Shown: piece after piece, positions 1 to 9,494 of the stretch
Layout: every line of letters starts with the position of its first letter
How positions within the stretch are numbered: position 1 is the first letter of the stretch
Sequence record: NC_047880.1
DNA: 64,000 nucleotides
Direction: 5' to 3' (one strand)
Notes under the pieces: model-generated
The model's database searches: none
Told to the model about the DNA's origin: nothing
The model's input: only the letters and a program-made list of their open reading frames with translations
Position numbers and translations under genes: made by a program

Positions 1-588
1 GCGGAATAAATACGGGTTTCTGTCTGTTCGTTCCGAAGATTCGAAAGCGGACAGTTCGATATCAAACGCATTGAGTTCCACGCGCTGCAACATCAGTGTA
101 CGGTTCATCTGTAGATCGAAGTCAACAGAAGCACCAGGCTGAATGTACGCACCTGCTTCATACTCAACAGTCTTGCGAACGCCCATGTTCTCGCTACCGC
201 TCATGTCTACCCAGAACATCGTACCGTTTGCGCCTGATACAAGCGTCATGCCTGCGTATTCAGGTTCAGGTACTTGCGAACTTGGGTCAAGACCTACGAC
301 AGTTAAACCTGTTTCATCCACAGCAGTGACGAACGGTGACTCAAACTTATAAGCAGAGCCTCCGAACTTCGCATCCTTCCACGTCACGTTGTCTACATCC
401 AACTGATACATCTTGTTGGTCTCGGTGACGTAACACAATGTCCCAGGCTTTTTATTACCAGCAGACATTGCATCACGATCAGCAAGAGTAGCCAGACAAC
501 GCATACCCCCACGAAGGTACTTGTCTTCGAGGAGGTATGGAAGTGCTGTAGATGCAGGCAACAAGAACGAAGTCATGTTAACCGGCAT
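1..588 (-). CDS. Virion fibre-associated structural protein, 3'-truncated by the window edge (not in the ORF track)
   Basis: Manual translation from ATG at 588 (RBS AGGAG): MPVNMTSFLLPASTALPYLLEDKYLRGGMRCLATLADRDAM...; open to position 1; follows the fibre gene cluster. Confidence 0.75.
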   Translation of the reverse strand, partial: MPVNMTSFLLPASTALPYLLEDKYLRGGMRCLATLADRDAMSAGNKKPGTLCYVTETNKMYQLDVDNVTWKDAKFGGSAYKFESPFVTAVDETGLTVVGLDPSSQVPEPEYAGMTLVSGANGTMFWVDMSGSENMGVRKTVEYEAGAYIQPGASVDFDLQMNRTLMLQRVELNAFDIELSAFESSERTDRNPYLFR

Positions 589-599
589 CTTATTTCTCC

Positions 600-3500
600 T
601 TACGCGATACCTGAACCAGGGTTCGTAGAACCGTAGGTCAGTTTAAACGTATAGGCCAGACTATCGAATGGGAAGTCGTTACGATAGATAACGTAATCGA
701 CACCGTTGATCTGCACTTCTGCTGGACCAGCAAAGTTGAAGTCATCAAACTCCAACGCACCATCCCAAGAACCTGCAAAGCCCTGCGCGGATTCGACGAA
801 GTAACCATAGCCGAGAGACTTAGGCCAAGCTACATAGAAGAACACGTTGTTCGATGCGGTACTTGTATTCGCTGGACAGTTCAGCAACTGTTGACCAGTA
901 GTAGTCAACTGAGTAGCCAGAGACTGTACGAACTGAGCATCATAACCAGATACGGCTTTCACTTTCGCATGAGAACCGAAGCGAGCACCCAAGTCAGATA
1001 CCTGCTCTTTCTTCACAGTAACGTCTTTGGTTGCTGTCACAGTCTTACCGTTCTGAGTATAAGAAACAGTAATCGTCACAACAGCATCAGCAGTCACAGC
1101 ACCAGTTACCAGAGAACCACCAACAACGGTCAGTGGACTCACTGTACCTGACTTAACAGCTACAGACCATGAGGCAGTAGTCGTCACATCAGGCGTTGTA
1201 CCGTCAGACAGAGTTGCAGTAGCAGTGTACGCAGTAGTAACGCCACCGATAACGCTCGTAGGTCCGTTGATAGTAACAGAGTCAGGAGTTGCAGGTGCTG
1301 GCGTGTTTGTCACAGTCAGGGTTGCTGTCTGTGCTACACCACCATACGATGCAGTACCTGTGATGATTGCGGTCTGAACAGTGCTCACAGTATTACCTGT
1401 GATAGTGTTGTTTCCGTTGAACGTGAACGCTGTAGTAGAACCAGAGCTACGTGTAATCACAGGAGTCAGGTCAGACGTTGTACCGCTAGAGAATGTCAGG
1501 CGAAGAATGTAAGTACCAGTCTCACCCTTGTTCACAGCAGTCGGACCAATCAGCTCGCGCTTCGTGATCGTTTCAGCCTGATTGATAATCTGAATCGTTT
1601 TCTCAGGTGTGTACGTTGTACCCTCGATCGTCACAGCAGCAGCACGTAACGTAGCGGTTTGATTCTGCGTGATGGAGTTTGCAGGCACAGTCACTTTGAT
1701 ACGAGATGGCAGAGTACCGACAGACAGTTGAGCGTATGCACCACCCTGAGGTAATGACCACGATGGAGTTGATGCAACGTATTCAAACGCTGTACCTGAC
1801 AGACGTGTAGCACGAACGAGATACTCACCAGCAACGCTACCCTCAGTCACAGTATCTGGACCGATGATTTCAACTGTGCTTACTGTATCAGTAGGACCAG
1901 TAACGGTGAACGACACGCTACCTGTCTTAGACACAGCACCAACAGTTGCAGCAACAGAAAGCTGGAATGTCAGAGTACCGTAGAAACCGGTCAGTGCTTT
2001 CTTAACGCGAATGCGCCAGCCAGTCGTTCCACCAGCAACGATCTCAAAGTATTCTTGAGCAGCGGTGTTGAGTGTATACGACAGTTCACCACTTGTACCT
2101 TCACGTGTAGTAGAATCAGAGAAGGTCAGGGTTGTATGCAGGTCACGCGCATCACCAACGATAGCACCGAATGCAAACACAGGACTTGGTGCGAGCGGTT
2201 GAGCAGTCATCAACGAGATAACGATGATGTTCTTAACCAGCACGGACTTCTGTGCAGTACGACCATCGTAAGCAGCACGAATCAGCACTGTGGTATCTTG
2301 CGTTACTTCACCAGCAGACAGAACACCAGTTTGTGCGATTGATGCAACTGCGCTACCTTGAATGACAGACCACACAGGTGCAGTAACCTGACGTGAAGAA
2401 CCGTCTGAAAGAACTTCCCATGCAGCGAATGTCTGCGTGGTGTTTTCGTTCATTTGGTCAACACCGCGAATCTCAAGTGAAGTAACAACAGGCGGGTTAC
2501 CGACGATTGAAACATCCAGAGTCGCGTTCTTCGTGATACCGTTTTCAGTGTATGCAGCGTAAATGCTCACGCTTGAACTTGCTACGTTCACAGCACCAAC
2601 AGTCAGCGTTGCGTTAGCAAATGTCGCGTACTGGTTAGTGGCTTGCAGACGGAATTCAGACGGCGTGATTGTTGCAGTATGACCATCAGAGTAAGTAGCG
2701 AGAACCGTGTACGGAGTCTGCGACTTCTCTTGAACAGAAGAAGGTCCGATGATTTGAATCTTCGTCAGGTCAACAACAGGAATCACATTGACGATAGTGA
2801 TATCCAGAGTTGCGTTAACAGTCTTACCAGCTTCGGTGTACGATGCAGACAGTTTCACAGGGATATCAGAAGATACCGTACCTGCGTTAACAGTCTTGTT
2901 CACAATCGTAACGATATCCTGTCGGTCCGACGTGAATGTCGCTGGGTTAACAGTCTTGGTAGTCGTGTCACTGTACGTTGCGAGGAACGTGTAGTTCGCA
3001 CTCTCACCACTACGAATTGTGTTAGCACCCTGAATCGCCAGAGACACAACGAACGGCACTTCGACTTCGTGCAAGATCGTGATGTTCTTCGTAGCCTGAA
3101 CTGTCTGGCCATTTGCGATGTACGATGCAGACAGAACAACAGCGCGGTCCTGAACAGTTTCTTTCTTCGCAGTCACAACGTTCGCACTAATGGTCGTGTA
3201 CGTCGCGGGACTGGCTTGGAAAGCGTTCGGCGTTACGAATTCAATATCACCATTTGACCAAGTGATCTTGAACGTGTAGCTCGCATTACCCTGTGAAGCG
3301 ATTGAGTCAGCACCAACAATTTCAAGCTTGGTGATTGACTGTGCTTTCACTGTCACGTTTTTGTTTGCTGTGAACGTCTGGCCATTATAGACATACGTTG
3401 CAGTCAGCTTCGTAACAGTATCGGTAGCAACTTGTTTCGCAGTACCAACAAGTCCAACAAGACCCAGAGCATCAGGCTTGTCCACTTCGAAGTTCGAAGG

Positions 3501-4607
3501 CTGGATTGCTGCAACAGCGCCAGAAGCAAAACGACCAGTTACGGTGTACGTTTCTTTCTGCTTGAAGAACAGGCTGTCAGCACCAATGATTGAGATAGAA
3601 ACCAGCGCATCGTCAGGGATGAACGTGTTTTTGATCAACAGGTCATAAGTAGCAGTCACCCAAGTTCCATACACAGGGTCACGCAGTTTAGCAGTCACTT
3701 TCAGCACAACGTCAGCAGGCAAATCAGGAGCAGACACTGTACCGTCTTCACTGATTGTCACGCCGATAACGTTGTCTTCGATAGACCACACAACACCCGC
3801 AGGATCGTGCTCAATGCGGTCTTCCCATTCAGCATCAGCTTTAAGCTTGACGCTTGAGTTGTCCGACATGTAACTCGCATTGCCCGGCAGTGAGATACGC
3901 AGGTTAAGCAGACGAGATGAAGACCACTCAACGTTTTCGGCAGTCGCTTTAATCCACTTACCGATATATTTATTCGGGTTAGTAGGTGACTGGTCAACGA
4001 TAGCCAGAACGAAACCTTCTTGAGGTTCGTTAGAGCTTGCGACTTCAACGAACGCATTGCTATTCAGACGAATCATTGTACGCGGATAGTCCGCGTGGTC
4101 ATGATTGGTAGGATAGCGAGCATCTGACATGCGTGGGTCTGAATCAGATACAGCTTCCGGATCGTTCGGGTCAGTAGGTTCTACCTTCGTTACGACAGAG
4201 CCGAGACGAGAAGTAGACGCATGAGGAATTGACAGGTCACCAGTTTCGATACCCAAGTCAGCGGCGTTCTCTACAACCTTACGGAAGAACTGTCTTGATT
4301 TAAACAGTTGTGAGTAGTCAGTCAGCGTTACCCACGAGCCACGGTGATTACCGTCAGATACGTGAGATGTACGCAGCAACACATACTGATACTGTGGACT
4401 GCCTGTGTTAGCATCAATCCAGATCAGGTTATACGGCTTATCAGCAAACGATGGCTCAGTGAGTGACACAACAACCTGATACACATCAGTCTGATCGTTC
4501 GCGTTCGGACGAAACAGGAATGTAATCGGGTTACGTGGTGTCAGCCCTCGGGTACGAGCCAGACCGATATACTGTTTTGCAAAGCCATCAATCGTGGTCA
4601 CACTCAT
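600..4607 (-). CDS. Large Ig-like-repeat virion fibre/adhesin protein (1335 aa)
   Basis: About 9-10 repeated ~90-aa T/V/S-rich beta units (LxIxGxxxV...YTxxATYSDGT); N- and C-terminal modules shared with neighbouring genes; next to the tail sheath gene. Confidence 0.75.
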   Translation of the reverse strand: MSVTTIDGFAKQYIGLARTRGLTPRNPITFLFRPNANDQTDVYQVVVSLTEPSFADKPYNLIWIDANTGSPQYQYVLLRTSHVSDGNHRGSWVTLTDYSQLFKSRQFFRKVVENAADLGIETGDLSIPHASTSRLGSVVTKVEPTDPNDPEAVSDSDPRMSDARYPTNHDHADYPRTMIRLNSNAFVEVASSNEPQEGFVLAIVDQSPTNPNKYIGKWIKATAENVEWSSSRLLNLRISLPGNASYMSDNSSVKLKADAEWEDRIEHDPAGVVWSIEDNVIGVTISEDGTVSAPDLPADVVLKVTAKLRDPVYGTWVTATYDLLIKNTFIPDDALVSISIIGADSLFFKQKETYTVTGRFASGAVAAIQPSNFEVDKPDALGLVGLVGTAKQVATDTVTKLTATYVYNGQTFTANKNVTVKAQSITKLEIVGADSIASQGNASYTFKITWSNGDIEFVTPNAFQASPATYTTISANVVTAKKETVQDRAVVLSASYIANGQTVQATKNITILHEVEVPFVVSLAIQGANTIRSGESANYTFLATYSDTTTKTVNPATFTSDRQDIVTIVNKTVNAGTVSSDIPVKLSASYTEAGKTVNATLDITIVNVIPVVDLTKIQIIGPSSVQEKSQTPYTVLATYSDGHTATITPSEFRLQATNQYATFANATLTVGAVNVASSSVSIYAAYTENGITKNATLDVSIVGNPPVVTSLEIRGVDQMNENTTQTFAAWEVLSDGSSRQVTAPVWSVIQGSAVASIAQTGVLSAGEVTQDTTVLIRAAYDGRTAQKSVLVKNIIVISLMTAQPLAPSPVFAFGAIVGDARDLHTTLTFSDSTTREGTSGELSYTLNTAAQEYFEIVAGGTTGWRIRVKKALTGFYGTLTFQLSVAATVGAVSKTGSVSFTVTGPTDTVSTVEIIGPDTVTEGSVAGEYLVRATRLSGTAFEYVASTPSWSLPQGGAYAQLSVGTLPSRIKVTVPANSITQNQTATLRAAAVTIEGTTYTPEKTIQIINQAETITKRELIGPTAVNKGETGTYILRLTFSSGTTSDLTPVITRSSGSTTAFTFNGNNTITGNTVSTVQTAIITGTASYGGVAQTATLTVTNTPAPATPDSVTINGPTSVIGGVTTAYTATATLSDGTTPDVTTTASWSVAVKSGTVSPLTVVGGSLVTGAVTADAVVTITVSYTQNGKTVTATKDVTVKKEQVSDLGARFGSHAKVKAVSGYDAQFVQSLATQLTTTGQQLLNCPANTSTASNNVFFYVAWPKSLGYGYFVESAQGFAGSWDGALEFDDFNFAGPAEVQINGVDYVIYRNDFPFDSLAYTFKLTYGSTNPGSGIA

Positions 4608-5236
4608 GCGTTGTTCTCCAGGATATCAGTTGCAACCAGATGGCCATACGACGCTTTCACGTTTGTATCAGCGACGAACGTTGAACCGTCATCACCAACA
4701 GTGGCATCCATATTCACTTTGTTTTCTACGGTCTTCACTTCTACCAGAGGCTTCTCTGGGTGCATTGAATCATGCGGAAGTGGAGTACGCTTGTCAGTGT
4801 TACGTGGGTCAGTCACAGAGACAAACGTCGGACGGCCAACAGACTTCGGCTCAGTAGTCAGACGTGCAATACCGTATTCGTCAACAGACGCATTAGGGAT
4901 ATCATTGCCGCCGCCGATATCAGATGGGTCGTAATACTGAGGTGCCCAGAACGAGTTGAAGTTCTTCACTTCTTCCCATGTATTCTGGTACTGGCCGGAC
5001 GGCGTCTTGTTCTTACGCGCAATGAACTTACGGTAGAACGCGCTGTTAACGTCCATGCACAACCAGATAACGTTCATCGGAAGTACAACGCCAACAGGTT
5101 CTTGAGACGCGATGATGTGCGTACAGCTAATGTTCAGCACTGGATTGATCTGACGAACAATCTGATCTTTTGTCAGGTCGTCAGCAAAGCCAGTAACGCT
5201 TAACAGAGCAGTAGCGAGATCGTTCAAAGTAGTCAT
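4604..5236 (-). CDS. Fibre-cluster structural protein (paralogous N-module)
   Basis: Shares NxIWxxxxxxS...R...W and DPRxxDxRxPxxH motifs with 600..4607 and 5247..5885; start moved to MTTLND to avoid overlap. Confidence 0.7.
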   Translation of the reverse strand: MTTLNDLATALLSVTGFADDLTKDQIVRQINPVLNISCTHIIASQEPVGVVLPMNVIWLCMDVNSAFYRKFIARKNKTPSGQYQNTWEEVKNFNSFWAPQYYDPSDIGGGNDIPNASVDEYGIARLTTEPKSVGRPTFVSVTDPRNTDKRTPLPHDSMHPEKPLVEVKTVENKVNMDATVGDDGSTFVADTNVKASYGHLVATDILENNA

Positions 5237-5246
5237 GGCTGCTCCA

Positions 5247-5885
5247 TTAATCAGTCGGTTGACCAAGTTCAGACTCACGAACTTTACGCCATTGAAGCGT
5301 ATCGTCTTCGAGAACCATTACTTGATTCAGTTGCGGTACCAGCTGGTCTTTGATAGGAACGAACTGTTCACCGTAGCTACCGTTGATGCTTACCATAGTG
5401 GCAGGCTTCTCAGGATGCGTATGATCTTTCGGGTCACGGTCATTCGTCAGAGTTTCATCGTTCTCCAGAATAACGCGAGACTCCGCTTCTGGATAAGACA
5501 GATAACCAACACCACGAGTGATGCTCGTCGCCAGTGGAGGTAAGCTCTGGTTGATGATTTGCAGATCGTTCGGGTCATACGTCTGTTCGGCCATCGCATC
5601 GTCGTAGAAATACAATGCAGTCCAAACATCTTGGTATGGGTCTGAGTCATTCTTCGCAGTACGCTTAAACGCAGTGCGGAAAGTATCAGACTCGGGATTC
5701 AAGTCAATCCAAATCGCATTGATTGGAAGGACCACGTAACGAGGCGTTGAATACGAGCAGAAGAACAAAAGCCCCAACTGAGAACCATCTTTTGGTAGAC
5801 GGAACATGATGGGGTTCTTATTCTGCTGGTGGATATTCGTGAGCACCTCAACGTTACTGATGAACTGTTCAAGTTTCAGTTCCAT
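5247..5885 (-). CDS. Fibre-cluster structural protein (paralogous N-module)
   Basis: NAIWIDLNPESDTFRTAFKR and NDRDPKDHTHPEKP motifs; RBS GGAG; CTAATTTT motif upstream. Confidence 0.75.
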   Translation of the reverse strand: MELKLEQFISNVEVLTNIHQQNKNPIMFRLPKDGSQLGLLFFCSYSTPRYVVLPINAIWIDLNPESDTFRTAFKRTAKNDSDPYQDVWTALYFYDDAMAEQTYDPNDLQIINQSLPPLATSITRGVGYLSYPEAESRVILENDETLTNDRDPKDHTHPEKPATMVSINGSYGEQFVPIKDQLVPQLNQVMVLEDDTLQWRKVRESELGQPTD

Positions 5886-5917
5886 TGTACTCTCCGTTTA
5901 ACAAGAAGCAGGTGATT

Positions 5918-5925
5918 AAAATTAG
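5918..5925 (-). promoter_or_regulatory. Class-A (late) promoter-like motif CTAATTTT
   Basis: Intergenic, 33 nt before the fibre operon. Confidence 0.65.
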
Positions 5926-5932
5926 TGATATA

Positions 5933-6628
5933 TCAAACAGGGTCGCCCGACTTAGGACTCGTCGAACCGTATTTAATGCGGAACACGTAGTCGAGACTAT
6001 CGAACGGGAAATCGTTTCGATACACTACATAATCAAATCCACCGAGAGATACTTCTGCTGCACCTTCAAAGTTGAAGTCGTTAAACTCCATAGCCCCGTC
6101 CCACGAACCAGAGAAGCCTTGAGCTGTCTCTTGAAAGTAGCCATAAAGCAAACGCTTAGGCCAAGCGACATAGAAGAAGCGATTGTTATCAGAAGTAGAT
6201 TCATTAGGAGGGCAGGTAATAAGCTGAGGACTCTCTTCACCTAGAATAGTAGGGAGCGCACGGAAGAATGCGTCATTGTAATCGATCAACGACATTACTT
6301 TATCGAGAACACCGAAACGAGGTCCGTACTCGCCGCTAAATGGAACAGACACGCGCACACGATTGGACGTAGCATTCAGCGTTGTACTTACGTTATATGC
6401 TTTGGCTACGATATCATGCTCGCCTGTATCGAACGGTACAGTGAAGTCGAAGTCAGCAACGGTACCTGTAGTAGGCATAGCAACTGTCTTCAATACTTTC
6501 CCGCTGCTGTTCTCAATCTGGAGTGTACCACGAAGAGGCGGTGAATCCAGATGAACGACGAAGCGAAGATTCTTGTTTCGCTGCGAGAAGCAATACTCCA
6601 AGTTACCTTGAATGGCAAGAGTAAACAT
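5933..6628 (-). CDS. Structural protein with an Ig-like N-half and a C-module paralogous to the 1335-aa fibre
   Basis: C-terminal FYVAWPK...GSWDGA.EF.DFNF.G.AEV...DYV.YRNDFPFDSL is nearly identical to the C-terminus of 600..4607. Confidence 0.75.
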   Translation of the reverse strand: MFTLAIQGNLEYCFSQRNKNLRFVVHLDSPPLRGTLQIENSSGKVLKTVAMPTTGTVADFDFTVPFDTGEHDIVAKAYNVSTTLNATSNRVRVSVPFSGEYGPRFGVLDKVMSLIDYNDAFFRALPTILGEESPQLITCPPNESTSDNNRFFYVAWPKRLLYGYFQETAQGFSGSWDGAMEFNDFNFEGAAEVSLGGFDYVVYRNDFPFDSLDYVFRIKYGSTSPKSGDPV

Positions 6629-6644
6629 AAAGCCTCACAATACG

Positions 6645-6670
6645 AAAAAGGAGGACCGAAGCCCTCCTTG
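6645..6670 (-). terminator. Intrinsic terminator after the sheath gene
   Basis: GGAGGGC-TTCG-GTCCTCC followed by TTTTT. Confidence 0.8.
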
Positions 6671-6677
6671 CTGTGGA

Positions 6678-8357
6678 TTACAGAGACAATGACGTGGAGG
6701 TACTGCCTGACGGATTGATGTTGAAGCGATAGATCAAACGCTTCGCAGCGCGTGTCGGGTCGAGCACGATATCAAGAATCAGGTCGCCATTGGCAATTGA
6801 CTGATTAGTGTTGTTCGTGCTATCGCAGACAACGACATAGCCCTGACTACCAGAGTTACCGCCACGCAGACCGCGAGCGAGCTTGATAGTTTCGAGGAAG
6901 CGTTCAACCATACCTTTCAGATAGTCACGCAGAATCTGGTCGTTCGGATCAAACAGACCGACACGACAAGTTCTCTGACAGATTTCGAGCACGTAGCCTA
7001 CCATGCGCTGAATCTGAATCTGCTGGAATGCAGAGTTCTGATTGTACAGAGTATTCGATTCCCACACAGCGTAACCGCCACCAGAGATATCAGGCAGTTT
7101 ACGAATGTAGTTCACTTGCTCGCGTGTCATTGCATCACGGTCATCTTGATCGTATTTCTGAGTAAGACCTACGAAGTCGAGAACCTGAGAAGCAGTGATA
7201 CCAGCCGGTGCGAACCAGCTACCGCGATTGTTATCAGTGAATGCGAACACAGCACAAATCTGACCAACGTTCGGCACAGTGAAGTAACGCCCAGTATCTT
7301 CATCGAAGATCTTAACATCAGGAGTATACAGCGCCATGTTTTTGTTGTTCAGGTTCAGTGTCTGACGACGATAGCGAATCGCTTTGGCAACGGACTGCTG
7401 GTCAGAGGGAACGGCTGCGACAACGAAACAGTTGATGTGGTTGTTTGCAGCAAGCGCCATACCGCGATGAACGATATAGTCTTCAATGCCACCAGACACA
7501 AGCAACGTCACACGGATTTCTTCTGGGTCAGAGTAGTACGTCTGATATGCAGCAGCGAGCTGGTCAGAAGTAACACGCGCACCATCAGAACCACCCTGGA
7601 AGAAGATGAAGTCTGAGGTGAAGAAATCAATGTCAGTCGTGAAGTACGGGTTCTGGATGAAGCGGAAGTTTGAGCTTTCGTTTTCCATCACAGTACCGAT
7701 GCGATACTGACGGTCGAACTCATCCTTGTAGTCAGTTAAGCTACACTGATAAGTATTCACTGGAGCACTACCAGCCTGATAGTTTTCGTACTCGTCGATG
7801 TAGAACAGTTTAGTGTTATACTTCGTACGGTCGTCAAACGCGCTCAGACCTTTAGGCACAGCAGGACGAATCTGCATAGCCATGAAGTTGTTCCAGTCAC
7901 CTGGGTTTTCGAGAATAACGTAGCCGATGACGTTATCATTCAGAGGGTCAGTTGGCAAGAAGCCAAGACGATCTGGTGAATCGACACCTACAACATTACC
8001 GTCTTCGTCAGTATACGGAGTCAGACGAATAACAGGCTGCAATGCAGTCGGATCATCAACAGTGAGAACGCCGACAGCGTACAGCGCACCATTAGTGATA
8101 CGAACATAGTTCAGTTGGTTGGTTTGTTTTGCAATCGGCTCTGCGATATACAGGCCCAAACCGTACTTTGGATCTTTAAGACCGAAGATGTTTTTCAGGT
8201 CGTCTTTACCACGTACAGGGACACGTTGGTTAACAGGACCGCGTCGACCCTGCCCCACCATGCCCACAACAGACGTAGATAAAGACGTTGCACCCACGGA
8301 CAAGTCTCGAACGCCAGTGTAAACACCAGCGGAGGAATGTGTCGAGTTTACGGGCAT
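6678..8357 (-). CDS. Contractile tail sheath protein
   Basis: N-terminal AGVYTGVRDLS (PGVY-like) and VGMVGQGRRGPVN; C-terminal FDPND...L..IK..RG..GY.VVCD.TNNT...I..G.L..DI...PT pattern typical of sheaths. Confidence 0.92.
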   Translation of the reverse strand: MPVNSTHSSAGVYTGVRDLSVGATSLSTSVVGMVGQGRRGPVNQRVPVRGKDDLKNIFGLKDPKYGLGLYIAEPIAKQTNQLNYVRITNGALYAVGVLTVDDPTALQPVIRLTPYTDEDGNVVGVDSPDRLGFLPTDPLNDNVIGYVILENPGDWNNFMAMQIRPAVPKGLSAFDDRTKYNTKLFYIDEYENYQAGSAPVNTYQCSLTDYKDEFDRQYRIGTVMENESSNFRFIQNPYFTTDIDFFTSDFIFFQGGSDGARVTSDQLAAAYQTYYSDPEEIRVTLLVSGGIEDYIVHRGMALAANNHINCFVVAAVPSDQQSVAKAIRYRRQTLNLNNKNMALYTPDVKIFDEDTGRYFTVPNVGQICAVFAFTDNNRGSWFAPAGITASQVLDFVGLTQKYDQDDRDAMTREQVNYIRKLPDISGGGYAVWESNTLYNQNSAFQQIQIQRMVGYVLEICQRTCRVGLFDPNDQILRDYLKGMVERFLETIKLARGLRGGNSGSQGYVVVCDSTNNTNQSIANGDLILDIVLDPTRAAKRLIYRFNINPSGSTSTSLSL

Positions 8358-8383
8358 AACATGTCTCCTTATATTGACTGTCT

Positions 8384-8394
8384 GAAATTATCGT
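8384..8394 (-). promoter_or_regulatory. Class-A variant ACGATAATTTC
   Basis: Upstream of the tail sheath gene. Confidence 0.5.
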
Positions 8395-8412
8395 AAGCGC
8401 ACACCAAAACGT

Positions 8413-8440
8413 AAAAAGGGCACCCGCAGGCACCCTTTAG
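8413..8440 (-). terminator. Intrinsic terminator after the DHH gene
   Basis: AAAGGGTGCC-TGCG-GGTGCCCTTTTT. Confidence 0.8.
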
Positions 8441-8444
8441 TTTG

Positions 8445-9494
8445 TTAGCAGTCGCAGCCCACAGAATCAAAGGCAAGATTCAGGTCTGGATAAAGTCGTT
8501 TAAACTCTTCTGCATCCATATTGAACCCAGCAGCATTGATGTGACCTTCACCGCCTTGAGATTGAGCTATGTGTTTTGCACTGCCCGCAACGTTTTCTGT
8601 GTAGCCAGACGAACGTACTGAAACAAACACACGACTTGGGTCACGATGACCAAGACGCGGCAGCAACACTGTTTGGAAGTGCGCATAGTTTTCATATACG
8701 TGAGTACCGAGTTCAGAAGCAATGCCTTTGTCACACGGCACTACTGCATGTTTAACCGGCACCAAATCGTTCGGCTCTGCGAATACGCTGTTGGTATCAA
8801 TGAGATGTTTAATCTTTTCATCACGCTCAACGATGTTTTTAAAACCATCAGCAATGATTGTTTCGATGTTACCATCAACAATGATATCAAAGGCTTTCTT
8901 AACAGTAGGTGGCATCTCGTCAAAGATAACACCTGACTTCTCAACTTCGCTGAACACGTCCTTAGAATATCCTTCATAGAAGGCGAAGGCGCGTTTGTTA
9001 GATCGTCGCCAGCAATCGCGGTCAGACACTAACTGAGCGATACGGATAATGTTGTTTACGAACACATATCCGCTGTTGAGAAACTGAGTAACATGATCGA
9101 GGTATGCAAGTAACGCACCTGAACCCGCAGCAGTAAAGACAAGCGGCAATGGAGTTACATCACCAAGCTTTGCACATTCTGCTTTATACAGTTCATGGGT
9201 GCGAACATTGTGGTGGTCGAGAACTTTGAAGTTCCCTTTATAGTGCTGAGTGAACACCGCCATCTGCCGCTCTGTGAAAGAGAAGTCAACAACGATTACA
9301 CGCTCATAGTCGAAGATGCCAGTCAATTCGTCCAGCTTTATACCATCAGCGTTTACGATATCGCCGTTGTCTTTTGAGTAGACAGCAGGCAGATAGTGTT
9401 TCGCGTCTGTAGGGAAAGCAAGTGCGATAATGGCAGCAGCAAACGATCCATCAGCACAACCTTGATGATAGACAACAAGTGTAGTCATGACCAC
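8445..9494 (-). CDS. DHH/DHHA1-family phosphoesterase
   Basis: Motifs YHQGCADG, VVDFS, VLDHH, SGALL, VSDRDCW, GGEGHINAAGF. Confidence 0.85.
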   Translation of the reverse strand: MVMTTLVVYHQGCADGSFAAAIIALAFPTDAKHYLPAVYSKDNGDIVNADGIKLDELTGIFDYERVIVVDFSFTERQMAVFTQHYKGNFKVLDHHNVRTHELYKAECAKLGDVTPLPLVFTAAGSGALLAYLDHVTQFLNSGYVFVNNIIRIAQLVSDRDCWRRSNKRAFAFYEGYSKDVFSEVEKSGVIFDEMPPTVKKAFDIIVDGNIETIIADGFKNIVERDEKIKHLIDTNSVFAEPNDLVPVKHAVVPCDKGIASELGTHVYENYAHFQTVLLPRLGHRDPSRVFVSVRSSGYTENVAGSAKHIAQSQGGEGHINAAGFNMDAEEFKRLYPDLNLAFDSVGCDC

